A stretch of DNA of 64,000 nt from an uncultured Bacilli bacterium (GTDB taxonomy: Bacteria; Bacillota_I; Bacilli_A; RF39; UBA660). Numbering within the stretch: position 1 is the stretch's first letter; each line of letters starts with the position of its first letter. The DNA is taken from positions 643 through 64,642 of the forward strand of contig CANPVV010000003.1 of assembly GCA_947581835.1 (NCBI GenBank), read 5' to 3'. This document shows positions 35,440-45,393 of the stretch, one piece after another. Position numbers and translations under genes: made by a program. The notes under the pieces are model-generated. The model was not told the origin of the DNA. It saw nothing but the letters and a program-made list of their open reading frames with translations, and did not search any database.

Positions 35440-36801
35440 TTAAATGATATTTTTAATAATATCAGAAAAACCCATACCGTGACTTGCTTTAATTAAGAAA
35501 ACATCATTTTTCTTTTTAATATTATTTATGTATTTTATGGCTTCTTCATTACTGTTAAAGTGAAAACTGTTGTTTTTATTGAAACCATCTTGAATAGCTA
35601 TTTTATTGATATTAGAGGAAAGATTACCGATAGTTATTAAAAGGTCGAGATTATTTTGATAGATTAAGTGGCCGATATCTTCATGAATTTTAGGTCCATA
35701 TTCACCTAGTTCTAAGATATCTCCTAAGACGGCAATTTTACGGCCTTTAAATGATTTTAATATTTCAAGATTGTAGTAGACAGAATCATAGCTAGCATTG
35801 TAAGAATCATCAATTACTAAATAATTTTCACAAGATATTAGTTCCATGCGGTGAGGCTCCGGTTTTAGTTCTTTTAGTTTTTTTATAACAGATTCATTGT
35901 TTAGGTTAAATAAATCACTGATAATAAATGCCACAAGAGAGTTATATATAAAGTGTTTTCCTAAAATATTTAGAGATACAGCATGGTTTTTATAAGTAAA
36001 ATTGCTTCCTTTTTCGTCATACATAATATTGGTTGCCAGATAGTTACTAGGATTTTCAAGACCAAAGGTAATAATATCGTATTTATCTTTATTCTCTTTT
36101 GCCCATTTATGAAGAAGGTCATTGTCATTATTGATAATTATAGGTCCACTTAGCCCTTCTAAAATTTCTAGTTTTGCTTTTAGGATATTTTCTCTGGAGC
36201 CAAGATAACCAATATGAGCAGTACCAATGTTGGTTATTACAGCATGAGTGGGTTTAGCAATACTGGTTAGAAGACTTATTTCCCCTTTTTGATTCATACC
36301 CATTTCTAAAACAATTATTTCTTCGGTAGTATGAGACAAAATAGTAAGAGACAAGCCAACACTGGTATTTAGGTTGCCTGAGGTTTTTAAAACTTGGTAT
36401 TTGGTACTTAATACTTCGCTGATTATATTTTTAGTACTGGTTTTCCCTACACTTCCGGTTACGGCAATAACAGGAATATTTAGAGTGGCTCTTTTTCTTT
36501 TAGCAAGATTGATTAAATAGGTAGTGGTATTATCTACAATTATAATATTTAGAGGTTTATTTTTTAAAAAGTCGGTATCTAGGGGAATGTTGTTTAAGAT
36601 TAGAGTTTTAGCTCCTTTTTTTATGGCTTCTTTATAAAAAGTGCTGCCATCATAAACTTCACCTTTAATCCCAATGTAAGTATCATTAGGTTTAAGAGTT
36701 CTGGTATCTATAGAAAGATTGGTTAAAAAATCATTTTCATTTCCTTGATAGAGATAAGCATTGTTTAAATTTAAAATATCTTTTATTTGCATTAAAATCA
36801 C
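35440..36801 (-). CDS. murF: UDP-N-acetylmuramoyl-tripeptide--D-alanyl-D-alanine ligase
   Basis: 453 aa Mur ligase with the ATP site VTGSVGKTSTK and DDSYNAS. Adjacent to ddl. Confidence 0.92.
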   Translation of the reverse strand: MILMQIKDILNLNNAYLYQGNENDFLTNLSIDTRTLKPNDTYIGIKGEVYDGSTFYKEAIKKGAKTLILNNIPLDTDFLKNKPLNIIIVDNTTTYLINLAKRKRATLNIPVIAVTGSVGKTSTKNIISEVLSTKYQVLKTSGNLNTSVGLSLTILSHTTEEIIVLEMGMNQKGEISLLTSIAKPTHAVITNIGTAHIGYLGSRENILKAKLEILEGLSGPIIINNDNDLLHKWAKENKDKYDIITFGLENPSNYLATNIMYDEKGSNFTYKNHAVSLNILGKHFIYNSLVAFIISDLFNLNNESVIKKLKELKPEPHRMELISCENYLVIDDSYNASYDSVYYNLEILKSFKGRKIAVLGDILELGEYGPKIHEDIGHLIYQNNLDLLITIGNLSSNINKIAIQDGFNKNNSFHFNSNEEAIKYINNIKKKNDVFLIKASHGMGFSDIIKNII

Positions 36802-36916
36802 CTTTTTTCGTTATAATTATATCATAATAGTTTGTTTTTAGTAGCAATTAAGGCTTTTTTTGTCAGTTTATAGACAAAAATATAGAAAAATGATATAATT
36901 TTTGAGGGTGAAGAAA

Positions 36917-37285
36917 ATGCTTTATAGAGTAGGAATGTTTTGTAAACATTTTAAGGGAACTAATTTATTAGAAAAAAATATTTATCAGATTGAGGCTTTA
37001 GGGCTTAGAGGAAAAGATATAGGTGATAATGTAACTTATGTGGGTGAAGGAAATAAAGATACCGCGGATAATTTAGTGGTGTATGCGAATATTTTTCAGA
37101 ATAATAAGTTATTTGCAAGAGAGTATGAAGATTTGGCTTTTGTATTAGATAGTGATAAACAGATTGAGTATAGACAGAAATATAGAGTTGAACCTTTAAC
37201 AATAGAAGAGATAGAGATTATTAGAGATCCAAATTTTATTTTAGAAAAGAAAAGACTAGTAGAAGAAAAATTTAGAACAAGATAA
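36917..37285 (+). CDS. Hypothetical protein, possibly DUF1653-like
   Basis: ATG 36917 follows a GAGGGTGA RBS. The motif Y....CKHFKG is reminiscent of DUF1653 (Y.H.KG). This is a weak assignment. Confidence 0.45.
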   Translation: MLYRVGMFCKHFKGTNLLEKNIYQIEALGLRGKDIGDNVTYVGEGNKDTADNLVVYANIFQNNKLFAREYEDLAFVLDSDKQIEYRQKYRVEPLTIEEIEIIRDPNFILEKKRLVEEKFRTR

Positions 37286-37308
37286 AAAAGCCTAAGGGCT
37301 TTTTTTTT
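37284..37308. terminator. Bidirectional terminator between the DUF1653-like gene and lon
   Basis: AAAAAAGCC-TAAG-GGCTTTTTTTTT, a stem flanked by A and T runs. Confidence 0.6.
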
Positions 37309-39625
37309 AGAATAATTCTTCAAAGATTTCATTGTAATTATGAACTAAAATGATTTCCATTTCTTCACGAATTTTAGAAGGTATTTCTTCTAAATCTAAT
37401 TCATTTAAAGAAGGAATATAAACTTTTTTTAGATTGTTGTTGTAAGCACCAATTATTTTTTCTTTAATACCTCCAACTTTTAGAATATCACCATTTAAAG
37501 AGATTTCACCAGTAAATCCAAGAGTATTGCTAACAGGTTTATTTAAAATAAGACTTAGAATACTAGTAGTTATAGCAACTCCGGCGCTGGGGCCATCTTT
37601 TTTCATAGCACCTTCTAAAAAATGAAGATGGATATCTTTTAGATTAAAGAAAAAATCAGTTAGGTGATAATCTTTTTGGTGAGCTTTAATAAAACTTAGA
37701 GCAACCTCAGTTGATTCTTCCATAGTTTTACCAAGCATACCAGTAATTTTAATATTCCCCTTCCCTTCATAGATACAGGATTCAACTGGTATTACAATTC
37801 CCCAAGAACTGGCAACACCTAAAGCATTGATGCGACCTATATATGAAGTGTTTTTTAGATCAGTTTTATTATATTTAGGAATACCAAGATATTCTTTTAG
37901 TCTTACTTTACTTATTTTAGTACGACTGTTAATTTTACCTAAAACAACTAATTTGCGAAAGATTTTTTCAAGCATACGATATAAATCTCGAACTCCAGCC
38001 TCGGCGGTATAAGCTTCGATTAAATAAGAAAGCATTTCATCGCTTATCGAAATTATTTTGTTGTCTATTTTATTTTCGTCTAAAATTTTAGGAATTAAAT
38101 ATTTTTTGGCGATATCAATTTTTTCATAGTCAGTATAGCTAGATATATTGATTATTTCGAGACGGTCTTTTAAAGGGGACGGGATACTATCTAAGTTATT
38201 GGCAGTTAAAATAAAGAAGACTTTAGATAGATCAAAAGGTTCTTCAAGATAGTTATCGACAAATTCATTGTTTTGTTCTTTATCTAATATTTCTAAGAGA
38301 CTACTTGTGGGATCATCTTTATAATTAATAGTCATTTTATCTATTTCATCAATTAAAATAACGGGATTTTTACTGTTACACTTGCGAAGACCTTGGATAA
38401 TTTTACCGGGAGAAGAACCCATATAGGTACGTTTATGACCAATTAATTCGGAAGAATCATTTAGACCACCAACACTGATTTTATAAAATTTACGATTTAG
38501 GGCAGTCGCGATAGTTTTGGCAATACTAGTTTTACCAACTCCGGGAGGACCCACCAAACAGATAATGGGACTTTTTAAATCTTTGTTATTGTTTTTTAAA
38601 GAAACATATTCTAAGATACGATCCTTAATGGCAGTTAGACCATAGTGGGTATTATCAAGTTTATTTTTAATATCATCAAGATTGTAGTTTTCAAAAGTTT
38701 CTTTGTTCCAGGGAAGATTTAAAATCCAATCTAAATAATTTTTTAACATGGCATTTTCCGGAGAGATTTCGGTGGTGTATTCAAGTTTTTTGATTTCATT
38801 TAAAATCTTGGCATGAGTGGATTTAGGGATAGTTAGTTTAGATAAAGTCTCTTTGTAAGAGGCAATATCACTATTTTCATTTAAACCTAATTCTTGTTCA
38901 ATAATTTTAATTTTTTCTTTTAAGATAAATTCTTTTTGACTGGATTCTAAAGTATGAGTTAGTTCTTCTTCAATTTTTTCATCAAGTTTTAAGACTTCAA
39001 GTTCAATATTTAAATCTTTTAGAAGGTTTTTAGCACGATATAAAGCATTTATTTCTTCTAAATATTCAAGTTTTTTAGAAAAAGTTAGTGGCATAAAAGA
39101 ACAGATGGTATCAGTTAAAAGAGATAAGCTATCTAATGTTTTAATAGTGTTTAAGATACTGTTAGAAATATGATTTGATGATTTAACATAGGTAGTAGTT
39201 AGGTCATTTAGTTTTTTGATAAGAGCTTTTTTTTCAACTTCATCGATTTCAGGTAAATCAATTTTAGTTATTTTAGCTTCTAAGATATCATTGTTATCGG
39301 CGTTGTTATAAAATTTTAGAATACGAACACGAATAACACCTTTTATAGTTACCCGGACATTGCCATTGGGAAGTTCAATACGACTTTTTATTTTACCAAT
39401 AACCCCTACTTCGGGTAAATCATTTACTTCGGGATTTTCTTCAAGTTTATTTTTAGGAGTTATAACTAAAACCTCACGATTAAAGCTTTGAGTAGCAAGA
39501 CTTACGATATCTTTACTTAAATCATTATTTAGTTCAATTTTAACTTCTTGATTGGGGAGCAAGATTAGTCCTTTTAAGAGTATAACAGGTAGTATTTGTT
39601 CCAAAATAATCGCTCCTCCATTCAT
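37307..39625 (-). CDS. lon: ATP-dependent Lon protease
   Basis: N-terminal LON domain, Walker A GPPGVGKTS, and protease site DGPSAG. A GGAGGAG RBS inside the first codons suggests the true start is TTG at 39604 (MEQILPVILLKG...). Confidence 0.95.
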   Translation of the reverse strand: MNGGAIILEQILPVILLKGLILLPNQEVKIELNNDLSKDIVSLATQSFNREVLVITPKNKLEENPEVNDLPEVGVIGKIKSRIELPNGNVRVTIKGVIRVRILKFYNNADNNDILEAKITKIDLPEIDEVEKKALIKKLNDLTTTYVKSSNHISNSILNTIKTLDSLSLLTDTICSFMPLTFSKKLEYLEEINALYRAKNLLKDLNIELEVLKLDEKIEEELTHTLESSQKEFILKEKIKIIEQELGLNENSDIASYKETLSKLTIPKSTHAKILNEIKKLEYTTEISPENAMLKNYLDWILNLPWNKETFENYNLDDIKNKLDNTHYGLTAIKDRILEYVSLKNNNKDLKSPIICLVGPPGVGKTSIAKTIATALNRKFYKISVGGLNDSSELIGHKRTYMGSSPGKIIQGLRKCNSKNPVILIDEIDKMTINYKDDPTSSLLEILDKEQNNEFVDNYLEEPFDLSKVFFILTANNLDSIPSPLKDRLEIINISSYTDYEKIDIAKKYLIPKILDENKIDNKIISISDEMLSYLIEAYTAEAGVRDLYRMLEKIFRKLVVLGKINSRTKISKVRLKEYLGIPKYNKTDLKNTSYIGRINALGVASSWGIVIPVESCIYEGKGNIKITGMLGKTMEESTEVALSFIKAHQKDYHLTDFFFNLKDIHLHFLEGAMKKDGPSAGVAITTSILSLILNKPVSNTLGFTGEISLNGDILKVGGIKEKIIGAYNNNLKKVYIPSLNELDLEEIPSKIREEMEIILVHNYNEIFEELF

Positions 39626-39692
39626 ATAAAACAGTTTCTATTATAAATAATAAAGTAGGTTTTGTCTACTAAATTTGGCTAAAAATATAATT

Positions 39693-40715
39693 TTATTGCT
39701 CGTCTTTAAAGTCCTCAGTAAATTTAGGCCAAATACCTATTTTATCAGGCGTATGAGAAGGTAATTGATAAAGGTCATGACCTGGGAAATCATTGCCTTC
39801 GACTAAAACGGGACCAGATGGAGTAAAACAAACGTCCCAACCAATATAACGAATATGTTTTTCAACTAGACTGGCTTCTTTTACCATGTTAAGAGCATCT
39901 TCCCAAAAAGGAAATTTAAAACCTTTTATTAAAGCATTGGTTTTGGGATGACGTTCATATAAATTTTTCTTTTTATCAAGAGCTAAATCTTTTACTATAC
40001 CTGTTTTTTCATCTACCGGAGTTACCATACCTCCTTGATTAAAATTATCGACGTATTTACCATTACCTATCCGAAAATAAGCACAGATAACATGGGGTTT
40101 ATCTTGTTTATCTAAAATAGTTACAATTCGGACGGTATTGATAGAATCAGGATAGATAGAATTAAGTTCTTCAGATTGGGTTATAACTTCTTCTAAGATA
40201 AAATCACTACTCTTGGTGGTTAAATATTCATATATTTCTTCAGGGGTTTTATTATCAAGAGATATTTTTTCTATTCCTTTACCACAGGTGCCATCAATAG
40301 GTTTAGCCATAAAGGTGTGGTGTTTATTTATAAAGTTTAGAATATCTTTTTTAGAAGAAGAGTTAACATGAAGAAAATCTCTTTTGATATATTTAGAAAA
40401 TCTTTTATCAAATTCATATTTATTGGCGAAAATATAGGTATATTCTGGATCATTGTATTTTTTAATTAAGTCATTGTTACGACCACGAGTTAGATAGGTA
40501 TCCCTTTCAGCATCGGTTAGATTATACATTTCAAATAAATCATAGTCCATATAGCCAGCACCATATTTTAGAGCACATTTTCGCATATCATTAAAGATAG
40601 CTAAACGACTTTTATGGGTTTTTTTATGAATACTATTTATTTTTTCAAACATTCTTTGATAATTCATGTTTAATACTCTTTTAATTAAATATTTAATATT
40701 AGGCATATTATTCAA
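39693..40715 (-). CDS. ATP-grasp domain protein (sugar-transfer-associated ATP-grasp-like)
   Basis: 340 aa. Segments FMAKPIDGTCGKGIEKI, VRIVT, NQGGMVTPVD and GWDVCFTPSGPVLVEGN resemble ATP-grasp ligases of that family (from memory). Confidence 0.6.
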   Translation of the reverse strand: MNNMPNIKYLIKRVLNMNYQRMFEKINSIHKKTHKSRLAIFNDMRKCALKYGAGYMDYDLFEMYNLTDAERDTYLTRGRNNDLIKKYNDPEYTYIFANKYEFDKRFSKYIKRDFLHVNSSSKKDILNFINKHHTFMAKPIDGTCGKGIEKISLDNKTPEEIYEYLTTKSSDFILEEVITQSEELNSIYPDSINTVRIVTILDKQDKPHVICAYFRIGNGKYVDNFNQGGMVTPVDEKTGIVKDLALDKKKNLYERHPKTNALIKGFKFPFWEDALNMVKEASLVEKHIRYIGWDVCFTPSGPVLVEGNDFPGHDLYQLPSHTPDKIGIWPKFTEDFKDEQ

Positions 40716-40781
40716 CTACTTTCTTTTATTATTATAGCAAATATTGGATTTTTAATAAAGAGAAATGAGTTATTTCACATA

Positions 40782-41237
40782 TTAAAAAGTGATGGGATCA
40801 TCACTTTTTAAATCGGGATTTAATAATATAATTTCTTTACGAGTCATATGAACAATTCTTTCTTTAGCAACTCCATATTTCTCTTGATAAGTTTTATATT
40901 CTTTTAAAAGATTTGCTAGCTTGGTGGAAGATAATTTCTTAGTTGTTCTTCGGGCTTGTTTTAATTCATTAAATTTAGTTATTGTTAATTTAGTATTTAA
41001 TTGGGCATAACTATCTTCATATATTACTGTTTCATTAGGATTATCAGAATTAATATAATAATTATAATTATGATATAATTGATGCATTTTTCCAGCAGTT
41101 TTATCTAAAGCAATAACTTCTATATAATTATTGTTGATTGAAGCAATTAACATTGGATGTTTAATTTCTGATATAACATTCAATTGATATTTAACTTTAA
41201 GCCATAATATTTGTCCTATTTCTAATTCTTCGGTCAT
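40782..41237 (-). CDS. Hypothetical protein; putative toxin partner of the upstream Panacea-domain antitoxin
   Basis: 151 aa. Its start overlaps the stop of the DUF4065 gene by 4 nt (ATGA). No recognisable family. It has a beta-rich N-terminal half and a basic helical C-terminal half. Confidence 0.45.
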   Translation of the reverse strand: MTEELEIGQILWLKVKYQLNVISEIKHPMLIASINNNYIEVIALDKTAGKMHQLYHNYNYYINSDNPNETVIYEDSYAQLNTKLTITKFNELKQARRTTKKLSSTKLANLLKEYKTYQEKYGVAKERIVHMTRKEIILLNPDLKSDDPITF

Positions 41238-41716
41238 AATTTTAAAGCAGCGATTAAACCTTTATATCTTTGCTTATATTCATCAATATATTGTTCTAAA
41301 TTCATTATTGGCGCATTAAAAGTTTCTTTGCTTAATCTAAGCCACTCAGGGTCTTCATGGGTTATGTCAATTAATTCTTCATAAGTAGCATTTTTTAGAG
41401 AATCATAAATTTTATCTAAAAATATTTTAATTTGAGATGGTATTTTTACTGTTTCTTTTTGAGATACCATTAGAGGATAAGAGGATATAATGCTTTCAAT
41501 TACAGGTCCATTGGCATAAGCAACAAAATTATCTGAAATTAACTTTGTTTCATATTTAGCAAGATAAACCACTTGGGCTAAAAATAAATATTTATTTAAT
41601 CGAGCATTGCCTTCATAAAATTTATGATTATTTTTTAGGACAACATTATTATTAAATAAAATTCGATTAGGATCTTTGGCTAAAAAATATTTAGCAACAA
41701 TTTCAGCATTTAACAT
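41234..41716 (-). CDS. Panacea/DUF4065 (SocA/GepA-like) domain protein, putative antitoxin
   Basis: 160 aa. The pattern VAKYFL....(LNKYLFLAQVVYLAKYETKLISDNFVAYANGPVIESI) is typical of DUF4065 (KL.KLLY.a....l......l....F.Aw..GPV). AGGAGGT RBS. Confidence 0.75.
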   Translation of the reverse strand: MLNAEIVAKYFLAKDPNRILFNNNVVLKNNHKFYEGNARLNKYLFLAQVVYLAKYETKLISDNFVAYANGPVIESIISSYPLMVSQKETVKIPSQIKIFLDKIYDSLKNATYEELIDITHEDPEWLRLSKETFNAPIMNLEQYIDEYKQRYKGLIAALKL

Positions 41717-41755
41717 TTTTACCTCCTTTTTAATAATATTTTTAGATATATTTTT

Positions 41756-43003
41756 TTAATTATTGTCTTTTAATATTTCAAGAGCTTTATGCATACGCAT
41801 ATCATATTTAACTACTTCATCTGAACCATAAGCTTTTAGTAATTCTTCAACTGAAATACCATAGTTATCGGCCATTTCTTTAGTTTTTTCTTCAACTTCT
41901 TTTGGAGTAAAGTCGATTTTTTCAGTATCGGCGATAGTTTCTAGTAAATAGCGATATTTAACTCTTTTAGTAGCCTCAGGTTCCATTTGTTCATGAAGTT
42001 TCTCATGAGTCATACCAGTTATTTTGGCATAATCATCTATTTTAATTCCTTGCATATTTAATTGCTCTTCAAATTGGTGAATCATGCGATGGACTTCTTC
42101 ATCAATTATTTCGGCATTTATTTCAACTTGCATATTACTTGATGCTTTAGAAAGACATTCTTCAATGAAGGCATCATCAAGTTCAGTTTGTTTTCTTTCA
42201 AGTAAAACTGATTCAACTTCTTTTTCTAATTCTTCTTCAGTTTTAATATCTTCATAACCTAAATCTTTGTAAAAGTCTTCATTAATTTCTGGAATTATTC
42301 TTTCTTTAATTTCTTTGATAGTAACATTAAATTTAACAGCTTTACCAGCAAGATCGGCAACATAATTTTCTGGGAAAGTTAGATTTAATTCTTTAGTATC
42401 ACCAACAGCCATACCAATTAGACCATCTTCAAAACCAGGAATAAAACTGTTAGAGCCTATTTCTAAAGGATAGTTCTCCCCTTTGCCACCATCAAGAGGT
42501 TTATCATCAACAAAGCCCTCAAAATCAATAACGGCAGTATTACCTTTTTCAATAGTTCCAGATTCTTTAGGAGCTATTTCGGCAAGTTGCTCTTGAAGTT
42601 TTTTAATTTCAGTTTTTATTTCTTCTTTAGTTACTTTAGCTTTTTCCTTTTTTAAGCCTAAGTTTTTATATTCACCTAAAGTTACTTCAGGTTTACTTAT
42701 TAAAGTAAATTTATAAGTTACATGATCTTTATCAATATTTACAATATCAATGGTAGGTTCAACAACCGGGGTTATTTTAGCTTCATCTAAAGCTTTTTGA
42801 TAAGCTTCGTTTATAGCGTTATCAACGGCATCCATATAAAGAGTTTCAATTCCCATTTTTTTAATAAAAATATCTTTAGGAGCAGTACCTTTACGAAAAC
42901 CTTCAATTTTTACTTCTTTGTTTTTCTTTTTATAGGCTTTATCTAAAGCTTTTTCCCAAGTTTCTCCTTCAATAGTTATTTCAATTGTTTTTACGTTTTT
43001 CAT
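41756..43003 (-). CDS. tig: Trigger factor
   Basis: 415 aa with an N-terminal ribosome-binding motif (GFRKGTAP) and a central FKBP PPIase domain (IDFEGFVDDKPLDGG...). Confidence 0.95.
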   Translation of the reverse strand: MKNVKTIEITIEGETWEKALDKAYKKKNKEVKIEGFRKGTAPKDIFIKKMGIETLYMDAVDNAINEAYQKALDEAKITPVVEPTIDIVNIDKDHVTYKFTLISKPEVTLGEYKNLGLKKEKAKVTKEEIKTEIKKLQEQLAEIAPKESGTIEKGNTAVIDFEGFVDDKPLDGGKGENYPLEIGSNSFIPGFEDGLIGMAVGDTKELNLTFPENYVADLAGKAVKFNVTIKEIKERIIPEINEDFYKDLGYEDIKTEEELEKEVESVLLERKQTELDDAFIEECLSKASSNMQVEINAEIIDEEVHRMIHQFEEQLNMQGIKIDDYAKITGMTHEKLHEQMEPEATKRVKYRYLLETIADTEKIDFTPKEVEEKTKEMADNYGISVEELLKAYGSDEVVKYDMRMHKALEILKDNN

Positions 43004-43070
43004 TTATTTAATTCCTTTCAAAATCTTTAATTAATATAACATAATTTTTAGGTTTTTACAAGTCTAAATA

Positions 43071-43727
43071 TTATGTAAGTAAATTAATTAAAGACATAAA
43101 TTTATCACTAAAAATAAAGACAAGAGCCATACTTCCTACTAAGAAGGGACCAAAGGGAACTTCTTTATTTTTACTTAGCATAATAGATGCTAAAGCATAA
43201 GGAAGAGCTAAGAGAGAAGAAAATATAATAGAGATTAATCCTAGTCTTAGACCAAGAATAGTTCCAATTACAAAGGATAGTTTAATATCGCCGCCACCTA
43301 GAGCTTCTCTTTTAAATATTTTTTTACCAATTAAGCCTACAATAAACATGAAAGCCATTAAAAATAAGCCACTTAGAATACTTAAACCCATAGTTTTTAA
43401 ATCAAAATAATAAGCTTTTAAAGAAAGAATGATTAGACTTGAAATAACTAAAGGACTATCTAAAATAATTAAATATTTAAAGTCAGTTACAAAGATAATT
43501 ATTACTAAAGCACTAACTATGACAGAGGCAAAAAACTCATAACTAAAGTCAAAATAATAGTAACTTATTAAAAGAGCAACGGAGTTTAGAATACCAATAA
43601 AGAGATTTAAAATCCAAGAATTGGGAGTAACCTCAGGTATATCAGGTATTAATAAAGGTAATTTCTCAGCGATTAGAGAATAAGCAAGACCTAGAGTAAA
43701 ACCTATTAAAAATATCATTATAATCAT
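43071..43727 (-). CDS. Prepilin (type IV leader) peptidase, A24 family, without the N-terminal zinc-ribbon region
   Basis: 218 aa polytopic protein with the A24 motif ALGGGDIKL and a C-terminal PFGPFL. Confidence 0.85.
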   Translation of the reverse strand: MIIMIFLIGFTLGLAYSLIAEKLPLLIPDIPEVTPNSWILNLFIGILNSVALLISYYYFDFSYEFFASVIVSALVIIIFVTDFKYLIILDSPLVISSLIILSLKAYYFDLKTMGLSILSGLFLMAFMFIVGLIGKKIFKREALGGGDIKLSFVIGTILGLRLGLISIIFSSLLALPYALASIMLSKNKEVPFGPFLVGSMALVFIFSDKFMSLINLLT

Positions 43728-43736
43728 ATTATCACC

Positions 43737-45281
43737 CTATCTAATTTCCCCATATAGACTAAACATAGGAATAACAACAGCAAGTATTATTATACCAACA
43801 ATTAAAGCAAGTAAGACTATCATGATGGGTTCTAAGAAACTTTTTAAATTGGTTACTCGACTTTTATGTAAGTCATTATAATAGCTAGCTACTTTTTCAA
43901 GCATTAATGAGAGTTCACCAGTTGATTCACCTGTTACTATCATGTAGTAAGCAACGTCAGGAACACACCATTTATTATAGAAAGATAAAGATATTTTTTC
44001 GCCACGAGCAATATTACTCATAGTTTCTAACATTATATCTTTATATACTTCATTATTGGTTATATTAGTTAGTATTTCCATAGAACTGGTAATATAAACA
44101 CTATTTCTTAGAAGAGAGGCAAAAGTTTTAGTAAAAATAGTTAGTTCATGATAGATAATTATTTTACCAAAAAATGGAATTTTCATACCGATAGTTTGAA
44201 TTAGTTTGCGAAATAGTTTGGATGATTTATATAAGAAAAGAAGTGTTAGAATAACTATTAGTGCAATGAGTAAAATAAGATTAAGATGAGTTGTTATATA
44301 TTTACTTAGATTAATAATACTTAGAGTAAAACCACTTACAGTTATACCAGCTTGATTGTAGACTTTAATAAATTCAGGGATAACATAGACCATAATAAAA
44401 GTTAAGACAGCTAGAGCAAAAACAATTAAGATAGTGGGATAGATTATAGCACTAAGCATTTCTTTGCGAGTTTTATCTATTTCGGTATAGTATGAGGCCA
44501 TATCATCAAGAGTTTTAATTAATTCACCAGTAGCTTCCGCAGATTTAATCATATTGATTAATAAAGGAGGAAAGGTTTTTCCTTGATTTTCAAGAGCTTT
44601 ACTAAATGATTCACCTAAAGTTAAATCATAGGAGATAGCCCGATATAATTTACTTTTAGTAGGGTCTTTAGAGGCTTGTTTAGTCATAATATTAATTGTA
44701 TCATTTAGAGTGATACCAGCTTTTAGATAGGTAGCAACTTGAGTTAACCAAAATATTAAGTCTTTAACACTTAATTCTTTTTCTGAATCAAACCCTAGTT
44801 TTTTTAAGAGATTAGCTATTTTAGCTTTTTTAATACTGTAGACGTCAATCCCTTCATTAGCAAGAAAGTTATGAAGAGTTACTTTATTAGTAGCACTCAT
44901 CATACCTTTTACTTTTTTATTGTTTTGATCAGTTCCATAATAGTAATAGTAAGATTTAACTACTTTGCGAGATTTTATTTCTTTTTGCATTTCTCTTATT
45001 AGTTCTTGTTTTTCATAGGCAATGTGTTTGCGTTCTTCTAAAGACATTACAATAGGTTCTTCTTCTTTTTTAGTTTGAGTTTCTTCTTCAGTGTTTAGAT
45101 TAACACTTTGTCTTTCAATACGATTAAATTCTTTACGAGCTTTAGAATAAGTAATCATATTATAAAATACGTCAAAAAAGACAAATTTTAGACCTATAAA
45201 GACGTGTTTAAAGAAATCTATTACGAGAAGTATAGGAGCTAATAAAATTGTATATATATTTAATTTTTGGTTAGGTTTCAT
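43737..45281 (-). CDS. Type II secretion system F / PilC / ComGB-family platform protein with an N-terminal extension
   Basis: Two GspF repeats (...AGITLNDTI...LGESFSKAL...PPLLINMIKSAEATGEL... and ...ARGEKISLSF...VAYYMIVTGESTGELSLML...). An extra ~130 aa, including a TM segment, sits at the N-terminus. Confidence 0.85.
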   Translation of the reverse strand: MKPNQKLNIYTILLAPILLVIDFFKHVFIGLKFVFFDVFYNMITYSKARKEFNRIERQSVNLNTEEETQTKKEEEPIVMSLEERKHIAYEKQELIREMQKEIKSRKVVKSYYYYYGTDQNNKKVKGMMSATNKVTLHNFLANEGIDVYSIKKAKIANLLKKLGFDSEKELSVKDLIFWLTQVATYLKAGITLNDTINIMTKQASKDPTKSKLYRAISYDLTLGESFSKALENQGKTFPPLLINMIKSAEATGELIKTLDDMASYYTEIDKTRKEMLSAIIYPTILIVFALAVLTFIMVYVIPEFIKVYNQAGITVSGFTLSIINLSKYITTHLNLILLIALIVILTLLFLYKSSKLFRKLIQTIGMKIPFFGKIIIYHELTIFTKTFASLLRNSVYITSSMEILTNITNNEVYKDIMLETMSNIARGEKISLSFYNKWCVPDVAYYMIVTGESTGELSLMLEKVASYYNDLHKSRVTNLKSFLEPIMIVLLALIVGIIILAVVIPMFSLYGEIR

Positions 45282-45335
45282 ATAATCACTCTACTTTAGT
45301 TAAATTATAGCATAATTTTTAGTATTATAAAATAA

Positions 45336-45369
45336 CAAAAAGAAAGAATGAAGAAAAAACTTCATTCTT
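45336..45369 (-). terminator. Rho-independent terminator separating the large paralog genes from the pilC-like gene
   Basis: 10-bp stem AAGAATGAAG (45344-45353)/CTTCATTCTT (45360-45369). On the minus strand it is followed by TCTTTTTGTT. An extended -10 (TGCTATAAT, minus strand) lies just downstream. Confidence 0.55.
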
Positions 45370-45393
45370 AAGATTAGACTGTAAGAGGTAAAA

